NCBI GenBank assembly: GCA_035433065.1
Contig: DAORUH010000001.1
Coordinates: 1-63,746 of the forward strand
DNA from: Devosia sp.
GTDB lineage: Bacteria > Pseudomonadota > Alphaproteobacteria > Rhizobiales > Devosiaceae
Length of the DNA stretch: 63,746 nt
Direction: 5' to 3'
The notes beneath the pieces were generated by a model. The model was not told where the DNA came from. It made no database searches and saw only the letters and a program-made list of their open reading frames with translations. How positions within the stretch are numbered: the stretch's first letter is position 1; every line of letters begins with the position of its first letter. Below are positions 57,202-63,746 of this stretch, piece by piece. Made by a program: the position numbers and the translations under genes.

Positions 57202-57236
57202 TTTGAACGTTTGCAGTCGAATTGCAAACGTTTCAA
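57202..57236. promoter_or_regulatory. Tandem LacI-type operators
   Basis: TTTGAACGTTTGCA (57202-57215) and TGCAAACGTTTCAA (57223-57236), both with an AACGTT core, directly upstream of the LacI gene. Confidence 0.72.
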
Positions 57237-57292
57237 ATTGAAAGCGCGAATTGAGGAAGGAGTCAAATGTGAATTGTTGGGGGGCACGCCTG

Positions 57293-57320
57293 CGTGGGTT
57301 CGACAAGCTCACCACGAAGG
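57293..57320. repeat. Fragment of a Rhizobiales-type intergenic repeat
   Basis: CGTGGGTTCGACAAGCTCACCACG resembles a GTTCGACAAGCTCACC repeat recalled from related genomes; not verified by search. Confidence 0.35.
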
Positions 57321-57675
57321 CTACTGGGGCAGCGAGCGTGCTGAGTTCTTCGTGGTGGGCGGGGTGGGGTGCGCGCGCCCAGCGGCGTCCATTCGCCACC
57401 GCGGGACCCGGCACCGACCCAATCGCAACCTGCGTACCAGTCTCGGTCGTCATGGCCGCGTGAATACCGGCGAGCATTGCAGAGTACTTCTGTCTCCCCG
57501 TGCGGCGTTTTGGGGCATTCCCCCCAAGCGGGTGGCGATGCTTCAATGACTGTTGGGGAATTCTGAAATGTTGCGGCGGATGTCGTTGTCCGGCCGTTGG
57601 TGATCGATTGGTCGTGCTTCGGCGAAGATTGATACACTGGTCGTAGCAATCGTTTCGCTTGAGGGAATCCGGCCG

Positions 57676-58611
57676 TTGCATCTGACGTTCAGGCAGCTGA
57701 AGTATTTTGTCGAAGTGGTCGAGGCGGGCAGCATTACGCGCGCCGCGGAGCGGCTGCATGTGACTTCGACGGCGCTCAGCCTGCAGGTGAAGGAAATCGA
57801 GGATCAGTTCAGCGTCACTCTTTTGCGGCGGCACTCGCGCGGCATCGAGATGACGCCGCAGGGAGCTGACCTCTATGAGCGTGCGCTGAAAATTCTGGGG
57901 CTGGTCGACGAGGCCTCGCAGGCGCTGTCGGGGGACACGCGGATCGCCAACCTGCGGCTGGGCGCGCCGCCCTCGATCGCGCGGCTGATCGGGGTTGAGG
58001 CGACGCTCGGCGCGGCAAGCTGGCCGGGCGGGGTCTCGGTGGATGTGACCGAGGGCTGGACCGTCGATCTCGAGGCGCGCCTGCGGTCGGGCGAACTGGA
58101 TGCGGTGGTCGGCTATGAGCTGAGCCCGTCCGCCGCCGTGGTGGTGACGGACATTGTCGATGATGTTTTCGTGTTCATCGCCGAGCGGGGACTTGCGGGC
58201 GGCACGGGGCCGATCGCGCTCAAGGACGTGCTCGATTCCCAGCTGGTGTTCTACGGCGAGCAGAGCGTCAGCTATCGCGGCGTGCGCAGCGCGGCGCTCG
58301 CGGCGGGGCTGGAACTGGGCAGCCACCGGCACCTCTATTCCATCAATGTCTGGCGCTCGGTGCTGGCGCGGGGCCTCGCCACGACCATCGGCTCGATTGC
58401 CGCCGTCAACGATGAATACCGGCGCGGCGAAGTCATCATCCGCGAGATCGAGGGGCATCCGATTCGCAGCCGCATCGGCATCGCCATCCGGGCGGATATT
58501 GCCGGCCAGCCGCATGTCGTGGCCTTCACCGATTTCATCCGGCGCCTCGTGGTCGATGGCTTGCGCCACGATTGGGCAGGCCTGCGGGACATGCAGCCGC
58601 CCGAGCGGTAA
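57676..58611 (+). CDS. LysR-family transcriptional regulator
   Basis: RQLKYFVEVVEAGSITRAAERLHVTSTALSLQVKEIE, RHSRGIEMT. TTG start after GAGGG. Confidence 0.9.
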   Translation: MHLTFRQLKYFVEVVEAGSITRAAERLHVTSTALSLQVKEIEDQFSVTLLRRHSRGIEMTPQGADLYERALKILGLVDEASQALSGDTRIANLRLGAPPSIARLIGVEATLGAASWPGGVSVDVTEGWTVDLEARLRSGELDAVVGYELSPSAAVVVTDIVDDVFVFIAERGLAGGTGPIALKDVLDSQLVFYGEQSVSYRGVRSAALAAGLELGSHRHLYSINVWRSVLARGLATTIGSIAAVNDEYRRGEVIIREIEGHPIRSRIGIAIRADIAGQPHVVAFTDFIRRLVVDGLRHDWAGLRDMQPPER

Positions 58612-58750
58612 GCGCCCTGCGCTGTTTGGACCCGGGATTCCCGCATTTTCCCGGTGCAGTTTCGTCTCCGGCCCCGTAAATTGGGGGTTGGCGCTGTCCG
58701 GGCCGGTTCTTCGGCTGCCTGCGCCCAAGAAATCCGAGTGGAGAACATTC

Positions 58751-60265
58751 ATGCATTGGACAAACCCCAAGACCCTTCTGGCTGGCCTCGCGGTCGCGGC
58801 CCTCATGGGCGGCGTTGCGCTGCCGGCCCATGCGGCGAGCCTGCGCATGGCCTGGTCGCAGGACGCGACCGGCCTCGACCCGCACAAGCAGACCGCGTTT
58901 TCCTCGCTGCGCCTGCTCGAGCTGATCTATGAGCCGCTGGTGCGGCTGAGCCCCACGCTGGAAGTGGTTCCGGCCATTGCCGACAGCTGGGCGTTCTCGG
59001 ACGACGGCCTGACCCTGACCTTCAAGCTCAACGCCAATGCCAAGTTCAGCGACGGCAAGCCGGTGACCTCGGAAGACGTGAAGGCCTCCTTCACGCGCCT
59101 GCTCGATGAAGCGACGGCCGCTGCCGCGCGCTCCAACTTCCTCTCCATCGCCTCGATCGAGACGCCCGATCCGGCGACCGTCGTGTTCAAGCTGAGCCAG
59201 CCGGACGCGCCGCTCCTCGTCGCGATGGCGACGATCAACGCCGCGATCGTGCCGGCCAGCGCCATCGCCGCCGGCACTGTCGAGACGACGGCGCTCGGTT
59301 CGGGCCCGTTCAAGCTCGATACGTGGGAGCCCAACAGCCGCGAAGTGCTGAGCGCCAATGCCGACTGGGCTGGCGGCAAGGTGGCGATCGACGGCATCAC
59401 CATTTCGGTGCTGCCGGACGAAACCGCGATCCTCGCATCGCTGCGTGCCGGGCAGACCGACTTTGCGCTGCTCAACGACCCGCTGGTCGCGACGCTCGTT
59501 CCCAATGAGCCGAACCTGCAGCTCAACCGCATGCCGGGTCTTGCCTACAACGTGCTGCAGCTCAACCCGGCACGCAAGCCGATGGATGACCTCAAGGTCC
59601 GCCAGGCGATCTCGTGCGCCGTCGACCGCCAGGACGTTCTTGACGCGGCGCTCGTCGGTGAAGGCAAGGTGACGGGTCCGCTGACCATGCCGGCCTACGC
59701 CTCCGATCCCTCGACGCTGTTCTGCTATACGCAGGACCTCGCCAAGGCGAAGGAGCTGATGGCTGCCTCGAGCTCGCCCGCGGGCTTTACCGCCAAGGTG
59801 ATCGCCGCGACCGGCGAGCCGCCGGTGGCCGCGTCGGAGGCGCAGGTGCTGCAGGCCCAGCTTGCCGAAATCGGCGTCAAGCTCGAGATCGAGCTGATGG
59901 AACTCAACGTCTATGTCGACCGCTGGCTCGCCGGTGACTTCGACATGGCGGTGGCGCAGAACGGCGGCCGTCCGGACCCGTATCCGATGTACAACCGCTA
60001 CTTCACCAAGGACGGCAACCTGCAGAAGGTGTCGAACTTCGTGGACGACGAGCTCGACAGCCTGCTCCAGCAGGGCCGCATCGAGACCGACGTGGCAAAG
60101 CGCAAGGAGATCTTCCAGAAGTTCGAGGCACGGCTCGCCGAGCTGTCGCCGTGGATCTGGCTGTCGACCTCCAACACCTACACTGCCCAGCTCAAGACCG
60201 TGCACGGTTTTGAAGCGTCGCCGACCGGCACGCTGTTCGGGCTGAGCGCCGTGACGATCGACTGA
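58751..60265 (+). CDS. Peptide/nickel ABC substrate-binding protein (family 5)
   Basis: Signal peptide; LDPH, YEPLV, FSDGKPVTSEDVKAS, GSGPF. ATG at 58751 follows GGAG. Confidence 0.93.
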   Translation: MHWTNPKTLLAGLAVAALMGGVALPAHAASLRMAWSQDATGLDPHKQTAFSSLRLLELIYEPLVRLSPTLEVVPAIADSWAFSDDGLTLTFKLNANAKFSDGKPVTSEDVKASFTRLLDEATAAAARSNFLSIASIETPDPATVVFKLSQPDAPLLVAMATINAAIVPASAIAAGTVETTALGSGPFKLDTWEPNSREVLSANADWAGGKVAIDGITISVLPDETAILASLRAGQTDFALLNDPLVATLVPNEPNLQLNRMPGLAYNVLQLNPARKPMDDLKVRQAISCAVDRQDVLDAALVGEGKVTGPLTMPAYASDPSTLFCYTQDLAKAKELMAASSSPAGFTAKVIAATGEPPVAASEAQVLQAQLAEIGVKLEIELMELNVYVDRWLAGDFDMAVAQNGGRPDPYPMYNRYFTKDGNLQKVSNFVDDELDSLLQQGRIETDVAKRKEIFQKFEARLAELSPWIWLSTSNTYTAQLKTVHGFEASPTGTLFGLSAVTID

Positions 60266-60276
60266 TTGCAGCGGGT

Positions 60277-60414
60277 TTCCTCCCCTGTCGCCTTGCGACG
60301 GGGGAGGGGGACCATGCGAAGCATGGTGGAGGGGGCGGCCACGGGCACCGAGCCTGGCCCCGCCCCCTCCACCGCCGTTCGGCGGTCCCCCTCCCCCGCT
60401 TCGCGGGAGAGGAA
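60277..60414. repeat. ~138-bp palindromic intergenic element (CIR/REP/MITE-like)
   Basis: Nested inverted repeats: TTCCTCCCC...GGGAGAGGAA ends, GGGGAGGGGGACC/GGTCCCCCTCCCC and GGTGGAGGGGGCGG/CCGCCCCCTCCACC, plus small internal hairpins. Confidence 0.7.
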
Positions 60415-60435
60415 CCCGACTGAGAGACCTTTTGC

Positions 60436-61398
60436 ATGAATTATCTCACGCAGCGGCTGCTGACCTTTCCGCTGATCCTGCTTGGCGTTTCCATCCTCGT
60501 GTTCGTCGCCATCCGGCTGGTGCCGGGTGATGCGATCACGGCCATGCTCGGCACCGAAGCCGGGCTGTTGACACCGGTGCAGCGCGCGGCGCTGGCCGAG
60601 TACTTTGGCATCGACCAACCCATCTACATTCAGTACTGGCGCTGGCTCACGGGCCTGCTGTTCGAGGGCAATCTCGGCATCTCGGCGACGTTTGGCCGGC
60701 CGGTGCTGCCGATCATTCTCGAACGCTTCCCGCTGACGCTGGAACTGGCGGTGCTGGCGATGATCATCGCGCTCGCCACCGGCGTGCCGGCCGGTGTGTT
60801 CGCCGCGACGCACAACGAGAAGCTGAGCGACCTCGGGGTGCGCATCTTTGCGATGATCGGGCAATCGACGCCGAGCTTCGTGTTCGGCCTCATCATCATC
60901 TACGTGCTGTCGGTGTACTTCGGGTACCTGCCCGCGATGGGGACGTTCACGCCGCTGTTCGTCGACCCGCTTGCCAATCTCAGCCAATTGATCTTTCCGG
61001 CGCTGACGCTGGGGCTCGCCTTTGCGGCATCGGTGACGCGCATTTCGCGCTCGGCCATGCTCGATGTGCTGAGCGACGACTATGTGCGCACGGCGCGCTC
61101 CAAGGGCGCTTCGGCCCGCAGCGTCGTGTGGCGCCATGCGCTGCCCAATGCGCTGATCCCGGTGGTGACGCTGAGCGGCGTCGAGTTCGGGTATCTGCTC
61201 GGCGGCGCCGTGATCGTCGAGGAAATCTTCGCGCTGCCCGGCATCGGCCGGCTGGTGCTCGATGCCATCAACCAGCGCGACTATGCGCTCGTGCAGGGTA
61301 CCGTGCTGTTCATTGCCTTCAACTTCCTCATCGTGAACCTGATCGTCGACCTGCTCTATGCGGCGCTCGATCCGCGTATCCGGCTGGGAGGCAAGTGA
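60436..61398 (+). CDS. Peptide ABC transporter permease (DppB-like)
   Basis: PGDA, DYVRTARSKG, HALPNALIP, FALPGIG, DPRIR. Confidence 0.94.
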   Translation: MNYLTQRLLTFPLILLGVSILVFVAIRLVPGDAITAMLGTEAGLLTPVQRAALAEYFGIDQPIYIQYWRWLTGLLFEGNLGISATFGRPVLPIILERFPLTLELAVLAMIIALATGVPAGVFAATHNEKLSDLGVRIFAMIGQSTPSFVFGLIIIYVLSVYFGYLPAMGTFTPLFVDPLANLSQLIFPALTLGLAFAASVTRISRSAMLDVLSDDYVRTARSKGASARSVVWRHALPNALIPVVTLSGVEFGYLLGGAVIVEEIFALPGIGRLVLDAINQRDYALVQGTVLFIAFNFLIVNLIVDLLYAALDPRIRLGGK

Positions 61399-62233
61399 TG
61401 CACATCCTTGCCGCCATCGCGAAGCATCCGAGCGGCCGCATCGGCGCCGCCATTATCCTCGTCTACATCATCGCCGCGGTGCTGGGCGCGCTGGGGCTGA
61501 CGCCGCACGATCCGCTGCAGCAGTTCCGCATCGACCGGCTGAAGCCGCCGAGCGCCACCTACTGGATGGGCACGGACCTGCTCGGCCGCGACACGGCCAG
61601 CCGGCTGATGCTGGGCATCGGCCAGAGTTTTACCATCGCCTTTGCCTCGGTGGCGCTCGCAACGCTGGCAGGCACCATCATCGGGCTGTTCGCGGCGTGG
61701 TGGGGGCACCTGTGGGACGGCGTGCTGATGCGCATCATGGACGTGCTGCTGGCGTTCCCCGCCATCCTCCTCGCCATGCTGATCGTCGCGATTGCCGGGC
61801 CGGGCACGATGACCTCGGTTGCCGCAATCGCCATTGTCTACACGCCGATCTTTGCGCGCGTGGTGCGCGGGCCGGCGCTGTCGCTGAAGCGGCGCGATTT
61901 CGTCGATGCGGCGCGCACCTTCGGCAGCTCGCAGGGCTATATCCTGACGCGGCACCTGCTGCTCAACCTCGTCGCGCCGCTGACCGTGCAGGTGACGCTG
62001 GCGCTGGCCTGGGCGCTGCTGACAGAAGCGGGCCTGAGCTTCCTCGGGCTCGGCACGCAACCGCCCGCGCCCTCGCTCGGCGTGATGCTGAGTGACAGCA
62101 AGAACCTGATGACGCAGGCGCCCTGGCTGATGCTGTTCCCGGGGCTCACCATCATGCTGGGCATTCTCGGCTTCAACCTGTTCGGGGACGCATTGCGCGA
62201 TATTCTTGATCCGCGGACGAAGGGGAGGTCGGC

Positions 62234-62237
<4 letters not shown>
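61398..62237 (+). CDS. Peptide ABC transporter permease (DppC-like)
   Basis: WMGTDLLGRD, FVDAARTFG, SFLGLG, FNLFGDALRD. TGATG coupling. Confidence 0.94.

Positions 62238-63746
<1,509 letters not shown>

Noticed and set aside
56125-58887. 920-aa minus-strand ORF as a giant LacI fusion
   Set aside because: Only 56125-57177 is LacI, and it has its own RBS and operators. The rest is antisense to the LysR gene plus intergenic DNA; long open frames are common at high GC.
21556-60265. Long N-terminal extensions in the ORF track (544, 650, 624 and 703 aa ORFs) as fusions or programmed frameshifts
   Set aside because: Each extension overlaps a better-supported upstream gene in another frame, and internal starts with an RBS or stop/start coupling exist at 22429, 33251, 40185 and 58751.

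Overview
A gene-dense, high-GC window, most likely from a Hyphomicrobiales alphaproteobacterium (Devosia/Rhizobium-like; inferred from gene families and repeat types). It is made almost entirely of catabolic modules: about 58 CDS and six ABC importers. I saw no rRNA, tRNA, CRISPR array, transposase or integrase. Modules in order: (1) intradiol dioxygenase, D-amino-acid dehydrogenase, IclR, class III aminotransferase, AbgB-like amidohydrolase and MmgE/PrpD protein; (2) LacI-linked sugar ABC importer with a PHP phosphoesterase, IolE-like and Gfo/Idh/MocA enzymes and a divergent DUF5054 glycosidase; (3) two shikimate-dehydrogenase-family genes and a HAAT ABC importer converging on a galB-VOC dioxygenase-galC-galD operon with a two-HTH LysR; (4) CUT2 sugar ABC with a ketose 3-epimerase and an SDR; (5) peptide-type ABC with a creatinase-like M24 hydrolase, an M14 deacylase, an amidohydrolase, a YtrA-like GntR and divergent DUF885-like and GAF genes; (6) LacI-linked sugar ABC with two GH63 paralogs, an SGNH esterase and a PIG-L deacetylase; (7) LysR and a peptide-type ABC running off the end. 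The best candidate for an undescribed system is module 3. Both of its operons carry the same 15-bp LysR-type box (ATAGCTCAAACTTAT), which suggests one regulon taking shikimate/quinate-type substrates through gallate, with a VOC-fold dioxygenase in place of GalA. All functions are inferred from motifs read by eye; no database searches were run.
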